From positions 498-64,497 of the forward strand of contig JALUUO010000111.1 in the NCBI GenBank assembly GCA_027021335.1: a stretch of DNA of 64,000 bases, given 5' to 3'. Shown here piece after piece: positions 19,533 through 30,613 of the stretch. The stretch is from Nitrospirota bacterium. Its GTDB lineage: Bacteria; Nitrospirota; Thermodesulfovibrionia; SZUA-242. The position numbers were made by a program, and so were the translations under genes. The notes under the pieces are model-generated. The model was not told the DNA's origin and did not search any database. It saw only the letters and a list, made by a program, of their open reading frames with translations. Each line of letters starts with the position of its first letter. Within the stretch, counting starts at the first letter, position 1.

Positions 19533-19572
19533 AAAAGCTTAAAAAGGTCTTTAAAAGCTTAAAAAGGTCTTT
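19533..19572 (+). repeat. Perfect 20-bp tandem duplication (AAAAGCTTAAAAAGGTCTTT x2) in the ispG 5' leader
   Basis: Read directly. The second copy supplies the weak AAAGG RBS for the GTG start at 19574. Confidence 0.9.
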
Positions 19573-19573
19573 A

Positions 19574-20626
19574 GTGATACGTAGAAGAAGAACAAAAAGA
19601 ATTCACCTGGGCGGTCTGCCTATCGGCGGCGGAGCTCCAATTGTAGTCCAGTCCATGACAAAAACCGACACGCGTGATATAGCCGCTACAGTGAATCAGA
19701 TTCACCACCTAGAGACTGCAGGCTGCGAAGCGGTACGCCTGGCTGTGGTGGATATGGAAGCGGCTGAGGCTATTGGGGCAATAAGAGCGAGTGTATCTAT
19801 ACCAATTATCGCTGATATCCATTTTGACCACCGCCTCGCCCTTGAAGCGATGGCACAGGGCGTGGATGGCCTTCGTATAAATCCCGGCAACATAGGAGAT
19901 AAAAGCAAAGTCCGAAAAGTGGTTCAGGCAGCCAGCAGGCAGGGTATTGCCATCCGCATAGGAGTAAATGCCGGCTCACTTGAGAAAAGTATTCTAAAAA
20001 AATACGGAACTTCCAGGCCGGAAGCACTGGTTGAGAGTGCTGAAGAACATATACGAATACTAGAAGAGATGAATTTTACCGATATCAAGGTTTCGCTAAA
20101 AGCGTCTGATGTGCATAAAACAGTGGAGGCATACCGGCTTTTCTCCAAACGCTTCCGCTATCCACTTCATATAGGGATTTCAGAAGCAGGACCGGCGTTC
20201 ACCGGAACCATTAAAAGCTCTGTAGGGCTCGGTATTCTTCTTGCCCAGGGAATAGGAGATACTCTACGTGTCTCTCTCACCGCCGATCCAGTGGAGGAAG
20301 TCAGAGTAGCATACGAGATACTACAATCACTCGACATTCGCCGGCACGGGCCAGATATAGTCTCCTGCCCAACATGTGGACGTTGTCAAATACAACTTCG
20401 GGGTATCGCCTCAGAAGTCGAGGCGCGACTTAGAGGAATGAACAACCAGATCAAAGTAGCGGTTATGGGATGTGTGGTTAACGGGCCTGGAGAGGCCAAG
20501 GATGCAGACGTTGGCATAGCAGGCGGCAAAGGCATAGGCATACTTTTCAAAAAAGGCAAGGTCGTTAGAAAAGTGCCTGAGAAGGATCTACTGAACGTAC
20601 TTATGCAGGAAATAGAAAAACTTTAA
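19574..20626 (+). CDS. ispG: 4-hydroxy-3-methylbut-2-enyl diphosphate synthase IspG (GcpE)
   Basis: RRRTKRIHLGGLPIGGGAPIVVQSMTKTDTRD N-terminus like E. coli IspG, plus a C-terminal CxxC...C cluster region. GTG start. Confidence 0.9.
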   Translation: MIRRRRTKRIHLGGLPIGGGAPIVVQSMTKTDTRDIAATVNQIHHLETAGCEAVRLAVVDMEAAEAIGAIRASVSIPIIADIHFDHRLALEAMAQGVDGLRINPGNIGDKSKVRKVVQAASRQGIAIRIGVNAGSLEKSILKKYGTSRPEALVESAEEHIRILEEMNFTDIKVSLKASDVHKTVEAYRLFSKRFRYPLHIGISEAGPAFTGTIKSSVGLGILLAQGIGDTLRVSLTADPVEEVRVAYEILQSLDIRRHGPDIVSCPTCGRCQIQLRGIASEVEARLRGMNNQIKVAVMGCVVNGPGEAKDADVGIAGGKGIGILFKKGKVVRKVPEKDLLNVLMQEIEKL

Positions 20627-20657
20627 GGGTTCGCAACCAATTTTATTAATATATCTT

Positions 20658-21515
20658 ATGAACATTATTAAGTTTCCATATGAAATGCAGGCCTACTGCC
20701 GGGAGCTGCGGCAAAAAAGAGCCTCTATAGGCTTTGTTCCTACCATGGGTTTTCTACACGAGGGGCACCTGTCTCTGGTGCGTCGTGCCAAAAAGGAGAA
20801 TGACACCGTAATTGTAAGCATATTTGTCAACCCTGCCCAGTTTGGGCCTGACGAAGACCTGGAGAGATATCCGAGGAATTTTGAGAAAGATATATCTCTC
20901 CTTAAATCCGAAGGTGTTGAGCTTGTTTTTCATCCCAAAGCTTCCGATATGTATCCCGAGGGGTACGCCACATTTATTGATGTGGAACAGGTAACAAACA
21001 GGCTGTGTGGTTTAAGCCGTCCCAGCCACTTCAAAGGAGTGGCAACCATTGTTGCAAAACTCTTCAATATTGTGGGACAGTGCCGAAGCTATTTCGGCCA
21101 AAAGGATTATCAGCAGACAGTGGTAGTAAAAAAGATGGTTAGGGATTTACATCTGGATGTCGAAGTTGTGGTCTGCCCGACAGTACGTGAAGCCGATGGC
21201 CTTGCCATCAGCTCCAGGAACTCCTACCTGCAACCTGATGAAAGGACTGCTGCAACAGTCCTAATAAAAGCTCTCAGGGCCGGCGAGGCAGAAGCACTCC
21301 GGCTACGGCCCTGCGGCAAAGTTGAGGCGGCTAAAGTGACGGACGCCATGCAGAGCGTGCTTGAAAATGAGCTTATGGCAGAGGTTGAGTATGTAGAAGC
21401 CGCAGATCCAGATACTCTGGAGCGGTTAAAACAACTCAATGGTAAAGCCATCCTTGCCCTGGCAGTGCGTATAGGCAGAACCAGGCTGATAGACAACCTG
21501 ATTATGGAGATATAA
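20658..21515 (+). CDS. panC: Pantoate--beta-alanine ligase
   Basis: GFVPTMGFLHEGHLSLV HIGH-type motif; ~285 aa. Confidence 0.9.
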   Translation: MNIIKFPYEMQAYCRELRQKRASIGFVPTMGFLHEGHLSLVRRAKKENDTVIVSIFVNPAQFGPDEDLERYPRNFEKDISLLKSEGVELVFHPKASDMYPEGYATFIDVEQVTNRLCGLSRPSHFKGVATIVAKLFNIVGQCRSYFGQKDYQQTVVVKKMVRDLHLDVEVVVCPTVREADGLAISSRNSYLQPDERTAATVLIKALRAGEAEALRLRPCGKVEAAKVTDAMQSVLENELMAEVEYVEAADPDTLERLKQLNGKAILALAVRIGRTRLIDNLIMEI

Positions 21516-21628
21516 CCAAGCTTAAAAAAGTTCATAACGCTTCAAGACTAAAAAAGAACCCCTTTTCTTCTCTTTATTGTCCACGCTTTCTCTGAAAGCA
21601 ATTATTTTTTGGTTTTTTTTGAGTTTTT

Positions 21629-22432
21629 ATGAAGAAATATGTTTTTATATTATATATGGTCTCCTTCCGCATTTCTGGAGCACTTGTCTTTTTTTTAGCT
21701 ATGCCCGCCTGTTTGTCTGCCGAGATATACAAGTTTGTGGATTCAAATGGAGTTATCCATCTAACCAATGTTCCAACGGCCGGGATTTTAAAAGCGGTTG
21801 CCTCCACTAATGTGGATGTCAAAAAGAAAAAGCTCAAGGCCGGACCTGTACGCAGGGTGCCTGAGAGCTCCAAGTGCGGCAGGTACACCAGGGAGTTCTG
21901 TAATCAGATTATTGTACGAACTTCAAATTTATACGGGGTGGACCATTGGCTGGTGCGCGCCGTTGTGAAAACAGAATCTGACTATAATCCCTACGCTATT
22001 TCAAAAAAGGGGGCAAAGGGCCTTATGCAGCTCATGCCTGAGACAGCAAGTGACTTGGCGGTAACAGATACGTTCAACATTGAGCAGAACGTGGATGCAG
22101 GAGTAAGATACCTGCGCTACCTTCTGGACAGGTTCGACGGCAATGTAACATTGGCACTGGCCGCTTATAATGCCGGTCCTTCGGTGGTGGAAAGATACGG
22201 CAGCCTGCCCCCATACCCCGAGACCCGCCATTACGTAAACAAGGTATTAACCTTGTATGACCGTAGAAGAAGCAGGCTAAATCCTGCGTCCACAGAAGCG
22301 CAGCATTTATACGGCAGGACCGTTGAGGCCATTTTCCGGGTTAAACTTGAAGATGGAACGGTTCTTTATACCAATACTCCTGCTCGCCCTTACTATAAAG
22401 AGCGAAGCAAAAACAAAGGACAGACACTCTAA
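21629..22432 (+). CDS. Lytic transglycosylase (SLT domain) with an N-terminal DUF4124-like region
   Basis: [16 protein letters not shown]-terminal motif; SLT catalytic region ...[25 protein letters not shown]... with AYNAG. Confidence 0.75.
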   Translation: MKKYVFILYMVSFRISGALVFFLAMPACLSAEIYKFVDSNGVIHLTNVPTAGILKAVASTNVDVKKKKLKAGPVRRVPESSKCGRYTREFCNQIIVRTSNLYGVDHWLVRAVVKTESDYNPYAISKKGAKGLMQLMPETASDLAVTDTFNIEQNVDAGVRYLRYLLDRFDGNVTLALAAYNAGPSVVERYGSLPPYPETRHYVNKVLTLYDRRRSRLNPASTEAQHLYGRTVEAIFRVKLEDGTVLYTNTPARPYYKERSKNKGQTL

Positions 22433-23409
22433 TGTCGTTGGACGAACTAAGGGAAAAAATCCTGAAGCTTAAACAGAAGAAAAACGCGGTTATTTTAGCC
22501 CATAACTACCAGCGTGATGAGGTGCAGGAAATAGCCGATTTTACCGGAGACTCTCTTGAGCTCTCCAGAAGAGCCTCTACCTATGACTGCGATGTGATCG
22601 TCTTTTGCGGGGTGAATTTCATGGCAGAATCGGCATCGATTTTATCTCCTGATAAAACAGTGCTGCTTCCAGCCATGGAGGCCGACTGCCCTATGGCCGA
22701 TATGATTACGGTTGACAAGCCCCGTATACTAAGGATGAACTTCCCGGGTTATAACGATGTTACATACGAATATCCCGAAAAATTCACCCTTCGCGATATG
22801 AAGAAACGCTATCCCGGCGTGCCTGTTGTCTCATACGTAAACACCACGGCAGATGTGAAAGCCGAAAGCGACTACTGCTGCACTTCTTCAAACGGTGTAA
22901 AAATTGTGGATGGAATCGATTCCGACCGCGTTATCTGCGTTCCTGACCGTAACCTTGCGGCCTGGATAGCAAAGAATACCAAGAAAGAGATCATCACATG
23001 GGATGGATTCTGTCACGTACACGACCGCATAAGACAGGTAGACGTAGTAGCTGCAAAATCGGCGCATCCGGCAGCCGTCTTTGTCGCCCATCCTGAGTGC
23101 CGCCTGGATGTATGCGAAATGGCGGATCACGTAACCAGCACATCCGGAATGCTACGCTACTGCTGGGAATCGGATGCAAAGGAGTTTATTATAGGAACCG
23201 AGACAGGTCTTCTCTATAGGCTCAGGCTGGAAAATTCCGGCAAGAGATTTTATCCCCTCAGAAATGATATGCTCTGCCCTAATATGAAAAAAACATCCTT
23301 GAGAAGCGTTCTTTTTGCGCTCGAAAACAATACGCAAGTGATCAAGGTGCCCGAGGAAATACGGGTACCGGCTAAAAGAGCGCTGGATAGAATGCTGGAA
23401 ATAGCATAA
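22432..23409 (+). CDS. nadA: Quinolinate synthase NadA
   Basis: ILAHNYQ motif, three-fold repeated architecture with conserved Cys; ~325 aa. Confidence 0.85.
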   Translation: MSLDELREKILKLKQKKNAVILAHNYQRDEVQEIADFTGDSLELSRRASTYDCDVIVFCGVNFMAESASILSPDKTVLLPAMEADCPMADMITVDKPRILRMNFPGYNDVTYEYPEKFTLRDMKKRYPGVPVVSYVNTTADVKAESDYCCTSSNGVKIVDGIDSDRVICVPDRNLAAWIAKNTKKEIITWDGFCHVHDRIRQVDVVAAKSAHPAAVFVAHPECRLDVCEMADHVTSTSGMLRYCWESDAKEFIIGTETGLLYRLRLENSGKRFYPLRNDMLCPNMKKTSLRSVLFALENNTQVIKVPEEIRVPAKRALDRMLEIA

Positions 23410-23452
23410 ATCCTAAATATCTTTATATCTTTCACTTTCACCCGACATTTAC

Positions 23453-24616
23453 ATGGATGAGCTTGAAAAACGTATCATCGAACGAATACAACGCCACGGG
23501 CCCATAACATTCGAACGTTTCATGTCCATGGCCCTGTACGAACCCGGCCTCGGTTATTACACATCTTCCATCACAAATATAGGACAGGCTGCTGATTTTT
23601 ATACATCATCACATGTTAATTACCTTTTCGGAGCCGTTATCGCAAATCAGGTTGCCGAAATGTGGAATATCATGGGCAAACCCGATGATTTCACCTTTGT
23701 AGAACATGGAGGAGGAGTCGGCCTGTTCGCCCTGGATTTTATCCGGCATATCCATAAACGTCACAGCAAGCTCTACCATAATCTGACATACATAATTGTA
23801 GAGCTGAATCCTTTTTTAAAAAAACGCCAGGAAGCACTGCTTACAGAGCACATTGAACGTATAAAGTGGGTTACCGGCCTTGAAAATATTCTTGAAAATA
23901 TTCAACAGGGGACAGGCTGCCTGTTTTCTAACGAGCTTGTGGACTCGTTTCCCGTCCACCTGGTCGAATTTGATAAAAACGAGGAACTAAACGAAATATA
24001 CGTCACTGAAGAGGAAGGAGTGCTTGTTGAGAAATCAGGCCCGTGCTCTTCAGATGCAATTAAGGCTTTTTTTGCAAAAAACAGCATAAAACGGGCTCAG
24101 GGCTTTCGTACAGAGCTGAACCTAAGCGCAGAAAGATGGATCAAGAATGTCTCTTCGATATTCCGGGAAGGATACGTCATAACAGTGGATTACGGTTTTA
24201 ACACACATGATTACTACGCTCCGGAGCGCAGCACAGGAACACTCATCTGTTATCACAAACACAAAACCAATGAAGAGCCGCTGAAACGCGTGGGACATCA
24301 GGATATAACAGCTCATGTAAATTTTTCAGCCCTGGTGGAATGGGGAGAGGAAGCAGGACTTGAACCTCTCGGGTTTACCACACAATCCAGCTTTCTTATT
24401 AGTGCGGGAATAGACGAACTCCTGACAGAAATGCACCAAAAACTCCCGGAAAATGATTTTCTAAAGGCGGCAGCCCAGGTCCGTACCCTTGTTATGCCGA
24501 ATGCAATGGGTGAAAGTCATAAGGTGCTGATTCAGGGGAAAAAAGTGCCAAATAGCCAACTTAAAGGGCTTTTAAACCGCAACATATTAAACTACCTGGT
24601 GGATACAGGGCATTGA
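23453..24616 (+). CDS. Class I SAM-dependent methyltransferase, MidA/NDUFAF7 (DUF185) family
   Basis: N-terminus RHGPITFERFMSMALYEPGLGYY and ~390 aa typical of the DUF185 family. Confidence 0.7.
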   Translation: MDELEKRIIERIQRHGPITFERFMSMALYEPGLGYYTSSITNIGQAADFYTSSHVNYLFGAVIANQVAEMWNIMGKPDDFTFVEHGGGVGLFALDFIRHIHKRHSKLYHNLTYIIVELNPFLKKRQEALLTEHIERIKWVTGLENILENIQQGTGCLFSNELVDSFPVHLVEFDKNEELNEIYVTEEEGVLVEKSGPCSSDAIKAFFAKNSIKRAQGFRTELNLSAERWIKNVSSIFREGYVITVDYGFNTHDYYAPERSTGTLICYHKHKTNEEPLKRVGHQDITAHVNFSALVEWGEEAGLEPLGFTTQSSFLISAGIDELLTEMHQKLPENDFLKAAAQVRTLVMPNAMGESHKVLIQGKKVPNSQLKGLLNRNILNYLVDTGH

Positions 24617-24647
24617 TCATTGCAAAATTAAGAAAACAAAGTGCAAA

Positions 24648-26894
24648 ATGAAAAGAAATAAAACACCAATGATCGTGGCTTACAGGAAAAAATATTCAAT
24701 GATTAAAAAAACTATTAAACGTATCCTGCTTACAACTCTGCTATGCCTATACGGCATAAGCATTCCGGCCGGTGCAACCGAGCCCCAGAGGCAGCACGGA
24801 GATTTTGACTACAACCGCGCAAAACTGCTGGCGTATATTCTAGGTCAGCAACTTCCATGGACTCATTTCAGTCATAAAGAGATAAACGACTCTCTATCAA
24901 AGGCTGCTTTCGGTCTTTATATGAAACAGCTGGATTTCCAAAAAAGATTTCTGCTTGCAAAAGATGTGGAGAAGCTGAAAGCCTACTCTGTTCTTATAGA
25001 TGACGAGATAAACCAGGCAAAACCGGAGTTGCCGACAGTGGCTGCAAAAATCCAGGCAGAAAGGGTTGTGCAGGTGCGCGATATGGTCCGGGAGATTCTT
25101 TCCAGGGACTTTGACTTTTCGGTAAAGGAATCTTTTGAAACAGACCCGGACAAATTAAACTTCTGCAGCACCGAAGAAGAGCTGCGAAAACGTTGGAAGA
25201 ACAGCCTTAAGTTTCAGGTTTTAATAACCTATCTGGGCCTGGAGGAAGACAACTTAGATCAAGAGGACAGCAAAGACGAAGAAAATCAGGAGAAAATCAG
25301 GCCGGAAAACCTGCAGCAGGAAGCACGAAAGAAAGTGCTTAAGAGTTACGAAACTCTTTTTTCCAGGATGCTTAAAGAAACAGCACGGGATCATTACAAC
25401 AACTATTTCAACGCCATTGCCAAAGCTTTTGATCCTCATACTGGTTATATGCCGCCTGAAACGAGGGAGGATTTCTACATAAGCATGAGAGGTTCTCTTG
25501 AGGGTATTGGGGCACTGCTCCGCGAGGAAGACGGTTACATAAAAATTGTACGCATCATCCCTGGAAGCGCAGCCTACCGTCAGGGGCAACTGCATGCAGA
25601 AGATATAATACTCAAAGTGGCGGAGGCCGACTCTGAACCTGTGGATATCACCGGTATGCGCATCAGGGAAGCCGTAAGCCTTATCAGGGGTGAAAAAGGC
25701 ACGGAGGTCAGGCTGACAATTAAAAAGCCGGATGGAACAAGAACCATCGTTCCGATTATCCGTGACGTGGTTCAGATTGAGGAAACTTTTGTAAAAGCGG
25801 CAATTTTGACAGACGAAAAATCCAGCCAAAAATTCGGCTATATTAAGATTCCTTCTTTCTACAGGGACTTTGAAAAAAACGGAGCTAAAGGCAGTGGAAG
25901 AAACTCAACCGACGACGTAAAAGCAGAGCTTGTCAAGTTCAAATCCGAAGATATAAACGGCCTGATTCTAGATCTGAGAAACAACGGAGGCGGGGCACTC
26001 ACCGATGCTGTAAAAACAGCCGGTCTTTTCATAGAAACCGGCCCCATAGTACAGGTAAAAACCAGCGGTGGCAAAATAAAAGTTCTTGCGGACGACAACC
26101 CTGAGATCAGCTACAGCGGCCCTATGGTTGTTCTTGTAAACAAATTCAGTGCTTCAGCCTCCGAAATTCTGGCCGGAGCGCTTCAGGATTATGGACGGGC
26201 AATAATTATAGGCGGCCGTCATACCCATGGAAAGGGAACGGTTCAGACTTTAATAGACCTAAACAGAAGCATTCCGCTTCAAAGCATGGAAAAATACAAA
26301 CCCCTGGGAGCACTAAAGGTTACAGTTCAAAAATTCTACCGCGTAAGCGGGGAATCAACCCAGTACCGCGGCGTGGTGCCGGACATCCTGCTTCCAGACA
26401 GACTGGAGCATCTGAAAACCGGCGAGCAACAACTGGATTATTCTCTTCCATGGGATAGAATCGGTTCCGCAACCTATAGCAAATGGACTGAAACTCCTCC
26501 TATCGACCTTGCTTTTATCCGATCAAAAAGCATTCAACGCGTGCAGTCGGACCAGGACTTTATTGATATTGCCGCTGACTCTGAAAGGGCACACGAAAAG
26601 CAGGAAAATACCCGTCAGTCACTAAACATAGATGACGTTCGTAGCGAGCGCCTTGAGGCCAACCGGGCACTTGAGAAGAAAATCGAGCATACCAGTGCAA
26701 ACTCAAGCCACGGTAAGGAGCCTAAAGCCATAGAGCAGAGCGAAGAGGAGAAAAGAAAATTGTGGCTTGATGAACTAAACGACGACGCTTACGTTGAGGA
26801 AGCCATGGCAGTGCTTGAGGACCTGCTTGAAAGCCTTGCACCCATCAAGCCAAACCTTGCGATCAGCCCGGAGCTGCCTCTAGGAGTTGAGTAG
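24648..26894 (+). CDS. prc: Carboxy-terminal processing protease (tail-specific protease Prc, S41 family)
   Basis: PDZ plus S41 core (DLRNNGGG, GPMVVLVNKFSASASEILAGALQDYGRAIIIG) and a long C-terminal extension. An alternative start is the ATG at 24699 (AGGAAAA RBS). Confidence 0.85.
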   Translation: MKRNKTPMIVAYRKKYSMIKKTIKRILLTTLLCLYGISIPAGATEPQRQHGDFDYNRAKLLAYILGQQLPWTHFSHKEINDSLSKAAFGLYMKQLDFQKRFLLAKDVEKLKAYSVLIDDEINQAKPELPTVAAKIQAERVVQVRDMVREILSRDFDFSVKESFETDPDKLNFCSTEEELRKRWKNSLKFQVLITYLGLEEDNLDQEDSKDEENQEKIRPENLQQEARKKVLKSYETLFSRMLKETARDHYNNYFNAIAKAFDPHTGYMPPETREDFYISMRGSLEGIGALLREEDGYIKIVRIIPGSAAYRQGQLHAEDIILKVAEADSEPVDITGMRIREAVSLIRGEKGTEVRLTIKKPDGTRTIVPIIRDVVQIEETFVKAAILTDEKSSQKFGYIKIPSFYRDFEKNGAKGSGRNSTDDVKAELVKFKSEDINGLILDLRNNGGGALTDAVKTAGLFIETGPIVQVKTSGGKIKVLADDNPEISYSGPMVVLVNKFSASASEILAGALQDYGRAIIIGGRHTHGKGTVQTLIDLNRSIPLQSMEKYKPLGALKVTVQKFYRVSGESTQYRGVVPDILLPDRLEHLKTGEQQLDYSLPWDRIGSATYSKWTETPPIDLAFIRSKSIQRVQSDQDFIDIAADSERAHEKQENTRQSLNIDDVRSERLEANRALEKKIEHTSANSSHGKEPKAIEQSEEEKRKLWLDELNDDAYVEEAMAVLEDLLESLAPIKPNLAISPELPLGVE

Positions 26895-26936
26895 CTGACT
26901 AAAAGAGTTGATTAAAAGAAAGGAACTACTTTATTA

Positions 26937-27998
26937 ATGAGAAAAGAATCCCTTAAGTTTCTGCAAGAGCTTATCGAGGCTCCCAGTCCTTCCGGCTTTG
27001 AACAACCGGCAGCTCGTGTTGTAAGAAAGTGGATGAAAAACATAGCAGACGAAATTACGACCGATGTTCACGGCAACACAATCTGTATTTTGAACCCTGA
27101 AGGCAAGATTCGTATAATGCTTGCCGGCCACTGTGACCAGATCGGCTTCATGGTGAAGCATATTACCGACAACGGCTACATATATTTTGCCGCAATCGGA
27201 GGTTTTGATGAAAACCTTATTCCAGGTCAGAGGCTGCAGATACATACATCCAGCGGACCTGTGCTTGGTGTCGTCGGGAAAAAACCCATACACCTCATGG
27301 AGCCGGAAGAGAGAAAAAAGACCGTTACCTTAAAAAACCTCTGGATTGATATTGGTGCAAAAAACAAGAAAGAAGTCGAAAAAATCATAAGTATAGGCGA
27401 TCCGATCACATTCGAGATAACCTTCAACAGGCTCAGAAACGGCTACCTTGTAGCACCCGGCTTCGACGATAAAATGGGAACATTTGTAGTTATGGAGGCT
27501 ATGCGCCTTCTAAAAAAAGAATCTATCAGTGCTGCTGTTTATTCCGTAGCCACTGTTCAGGAAGAGATAGGTCTTCGCGGCGCAAAGACCAGCGCCTTTG
27601 GAATAGATCCACACGTTGGAATAGCCTGTGATGTGGATTTCGCCTCTGACTATCCCACCATAGAGAAAACCCATGTAGGCGATGTCTGCCTGGATAAGGG
27701 GCCGGTAATAGCACGGGGAGCAAATATAAACCATGTGGTGTTCGAAATGCTTACCAAGACGGCCAAAGCAAAAAAAATCCCCTACCAGGTCTCAGGCGCT
27801 CCACGGGCCACAGGCACCGATGCCAACTTCATCCAGCTTACCCGCTCTGGAGTAGCCGCAGGTCTGGTGAGCGTACCCAACAGATACATGCATACGCCGG
27901 TGGAAATCATAGCGATCAAAGACCTTGAAAACACAGCCAGGCTACTTGCCGAATTTGTTAAGAAGGTAAGTCCCAAGACCGATTTTATTCCAAGGTGA
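26937..27998 (+). CDS. M42 family metallopeptidase (FrvX/glutamyl aminopeptidase-like)
   Basis: ~350 aa; HCDQIGFMV and GFDDKMG motifs typical of M42 aminopeptidases. Confidence 0.75.
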   Translation: MRKESLKFLQELIEAPSPSGFEQPAARVVRKWMKNIADEITTDVHGNTICILNPEGKIRIMLAGHCDQIGFMVKHITDNGYIYFAAIGGFDENLIPGQRLQIHTSSGPVLGVVGKKPIHLMEPEERKKTVTLKNLWIDIGAKNKKEVEKIISIGDPITFEITFNRLRNGYLVAPGFDDKMGTFVVMEAMRLLKKESISAAVYSVATVQEEIGLRGAKTSAFGIDPHVGIACDVDFASDYPTIEKTHVGDVCLDKGPVIARGANINHVVFEMLTKTAKAKKIPYQVSGAPRATGTDANFIQLTRSGVAAGLVSVPNRYMHTPVEIIAIKDLENTARLLAEFVKKVSPKTDFIPR

Positions 27999-29371
27999 GA
28001 GCAGTAAAAGAAGAGCAGCTTATAAAACTCGACCAGCAGCACCTCTGGCATCCTTTCACCCAGATGAAAGACTGGGTAAAAAACGAGCCGGTAATTATTG
28101 CCGAAGGCTCCGGCGTTTACCTTACGGATACAAAAGGAAGATCCTACATAGATGGAATCTCCTCTATGTGGTGTAACATCCACGGACACAGGAAGAAGGA
28201 GCTGGACAAAGCAGCCGTTGCACAGCTTGATAAAGTCAGTCACACCACCCTGCTGGGGTTTACAAATCCGCCTGCCGCTGAGCTGGCAGGCCGGCTTGTT
28301 GATATACTACCCTCCGGTCTAAGCAAGGTTTTCTATTCCGATAACGGCTCAACCGCTGTTGAAGTGGCCTTGAAGATGGCATTTCAATTCCAACAGCATC
28401 AGGCAGCTAAAAGCCGTACAGGTTTTGTCTCTTTAAACAACGCATATCACGGGGATACGCTTGGCGCAATGGCGGTAGGCGGAGTCGATATATTCCACTC
28501 AACCTTCGCCCCTATCTTTATGCAAGGATGTTTAAAAGCACCATCTCCGTTCTGCTACCGGTGCGAACTGGGGCTTAGTCATCCAGAGTGCGCTTTGGCC
28601 TGCGCCGATCACCTTGAATGGATACTTCGCGATCACCATGAAGAGGTGGCAGGAGTTATACTTGAGCCTATGATACAAGCGGCCGGCGGCATGATTACGG
28701 CGCCCACAGGGTACTTACGCAAAGTGGCCGAAGCCTGTCGCAAGTACGATGTTCTTTTAATACTTGACGAGGTGGCGACCGGTTTCGGCAGAACCGGCCG
28801 TATGTTCGCCTGCCAGCACGAGGATGTAACCCCTGATATTATCTGCCTCTCAAAAGGCATTACAGGCGGCTACATGCCGCTTGCCGTGACTGTGGCAAGC
28901 GACCGGATATACGAGGCGTTTCTGGGCGAATTCAAAGACCTGAAAACTTTTTTCCACGGGCATACCTATACAGGCAATCCCCTGGCCTGCGCTGTAGCCC
29001 TTGCATCGCTGAATCTCTACGAAACCGAACATATTCTTGAACGGCTTCAGGAAAAAATTAAATACTTCAGGGCAAGGCTCGACAGGCTTTCATCTAATTA
29101 CCGGCAGGTTGGTGAAGCCAGAAGCGCAGGTCTTATGGCAGGTGTAGAGCTTGTACGGGATAAAGCATCAAAGGAGCCTTTTGCCTGGGACGAGATGATG
29201 GGCTGGCAGGTCTGTTACGCTGCTATGAGCAAGGGACTTATACTTCGCCCCCTCGGAAACGTACTGGTGCTGATGCCACCGCTTTCTATTTCGATGGCTG
29301 AACTTGAACAAATGATGAACATCGTTGAAGAGGCAATCGGCGACATAGCTCTATCAAAACAGGTAAAATAA
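27995..29371 (+). CDS. bioA: Adenosylmethionine-8-amino-7-oxononanoate aminotransferase BioA (class III PLP aminotransferase)
   Basis: LWHPFTQM...AEGSGVYLTDTKGRSYIDGISSMWCNIHGH...DNGSTAVEVALKMAFQ is closely collinear with E. coli BioA. PLP-Lys region LSKGITGGY. Confidence 0.8.
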   Translation: MRAVKEEQLIKLDQQHLWHPFTQMKDWVKNEPVIIAEGSGVYLTDTKGRSYIDGISSMWCNIHGHRKKELDKAAVAQLDKVSHTTLLGFTNPPAAELAGRLVDILPSGLSKVFYSDNGSTAVEVALKMAFQFQQHQAAKSRTGFVSLNNAYHGDTLGAMAVGGVDIFHSTFAPIFMQGCLKAPSPFCYRCELGLSHPECALACADHLEWILRDHHEEVAGVILEPMIQAAGGMITAPTGYLRKVAEACRKYDVLLILDEVATGFGRTGRMFACQHEDVTPDIICLSKGITGGYMPLAVTVASDRIYEAFLGEFKDLKTFFHGHTYTGNPLACAVALASLNLYETEHILERLQEKIKYFRARLDRLSSNYRQVGEARSAGLMAGVELVRDKASKEPFAWDEMMGWQVCYAAMSKGLILRPLGNVLVLMPPLSISMAELEQMMNIVEEAIGDIALSKQVK

Positions 29372-29416
29372 GATATCTGATACGCATCTCACAATAAAAA
29401 CAGATGGTAAAGGACC

Positions 29417-30373
29417 TTGGCAGGGAAAAGAAAAAAACTACTGGTATTATCTCTCAAGCTATCAATAAGCGGCTCTATCCTATATTTCGTACTGAAAAAA
29501 GCAGGAATCCAGGAGGTTTATTCAACGATTGGAAGCATGGCTCCCGCCTGTTTTTTCGGAGCGATGCTTTTGTATATAGTGACCGTCTATACATCGAGCC
29601 ACAGGTGGAAATACCTGCTTTCACTAGTAGAGGGCTCCAGCGGTTTGAGCAGTTTACGGCTGTTTTCTCTATACATCATGGGTTCTTTCTTCAGCCGTCT
29701 CTTGCCGGGCATGGTAGGGGGTGATGCGGTCAGGGCATATTACCTCTACAAAGACACCAAAAGCGGCACCATGGCTCTTGCTTCGGTCTTTGCCGATAGA
29801 TATATGGGATTTGCAGCGATGTTGAGCCTTGGCCTTGTAGCTCTTCCCTTTGGAATAAATAAAATCAGGGGAGCGGATGCCGGATGGACTATTCCACTGG
29901 AATGGATTGTTCCGCTTATAGCGTTTGTTTTTATAGTTTTCAGCTTTCTTATTTTCACCCTGCAAATAGGAAAAAGGTTTTCCAAGGTCAAAAACCTTTA
30001 TGAGTATTTTCTAAAATTAAAGAACTCTCCTTCTATACTTATAAAAAGCTTCAGCCTGTCTGTTGCCGTCCAGGTGATAGGTATATTTTCGGTCTATCTG
30101 ATATCCGTAGGTATCGGCGCAAAAACCTCCCTTATAGAATTTTTCCTCTTTGTACCCATTATAAATACTATTACAGCTCTTCCGATCTCTATGTCAGGTC
30201 TTGGTGTAAGAGAAGGGGCTTTTGTACTGCTGCTTGGGCTTACAGGCATCAAACCCGAGGTGGCTACTTCAATATCTCTTGCCTGGTTTCTAGCTTACGC
30301 GCTGGGATCCACACCGGGCATAATCGTATATCTTAAATGGAGGGTGAAAAAGGAGTTACAACAAGAATCATAA
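29417..30373 (+). CDS. Flippase-like (UPF0104 / lysylphosphatidylglycerol-synthase TM-region) membrane protein
   Basis: ~8 TM helices and the GDAVRAYYL motif typical of the family. Confidence 0.6.
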   Translation: MAGKRKKLLVLSLKLSISGSILYFVLKKAGIQEVYSTIGSMAPACFFGAMLLYIVTVYTSSHRWKYLLSLVEGSSGLSSLRLFSLYIMGSFFSRLLPGMVGGDAVRAYYLYKDTKSGTMALASVFADRYMGFAAMLSLGLVALPFGINKIRGADAGWTIPLEWIVPLIAFVFIVFSFLIFTLQIGKRFSKVKNLYEYFLKLKNSPSILIKSFSLSVAVQVIGIFSVYLISVGIGAKTSLIEFFLFVPIINTITALPISMSGLGVREGAFVLLLGLTGIKPEVATSISLAWFLAYALGSTPGIIVYLKWRVKKELQQES

Positions 30374-30613
30374 GTCATAAAAAGCTGAGTCATCTCCTGC
30401 CGTGTTTTCTTCAACGCCTCCTCGATAGCCAGATAAGATTTTCAAAACGTAACATAAAAACCCTGATTGTAACCTTAATTTTTGATCTAAAAAATTGTTC
30501 CCGCCCATCGGGAATAAATTTTCATGCCTGTGGTTACAATCATATTGTTGCCAATATGGAAATATGGATGTTATATTATCCGGATAACAATTTTGTAGTA
30601 GGAGGTCAGAGTA

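Noticed and set aside
25254-25829. 191-aa minus-strand ORF inside prc
   Set aside because: Antisense to a well-supported S41 protease gene, with no start context or domain signal.
27782-28243. 153-aa minus-strand ORF spanning the M42 peptidase/bioA junction
   Set aside because: It overlaps two confidently identified plus-strand genes, so it is likely spurious.
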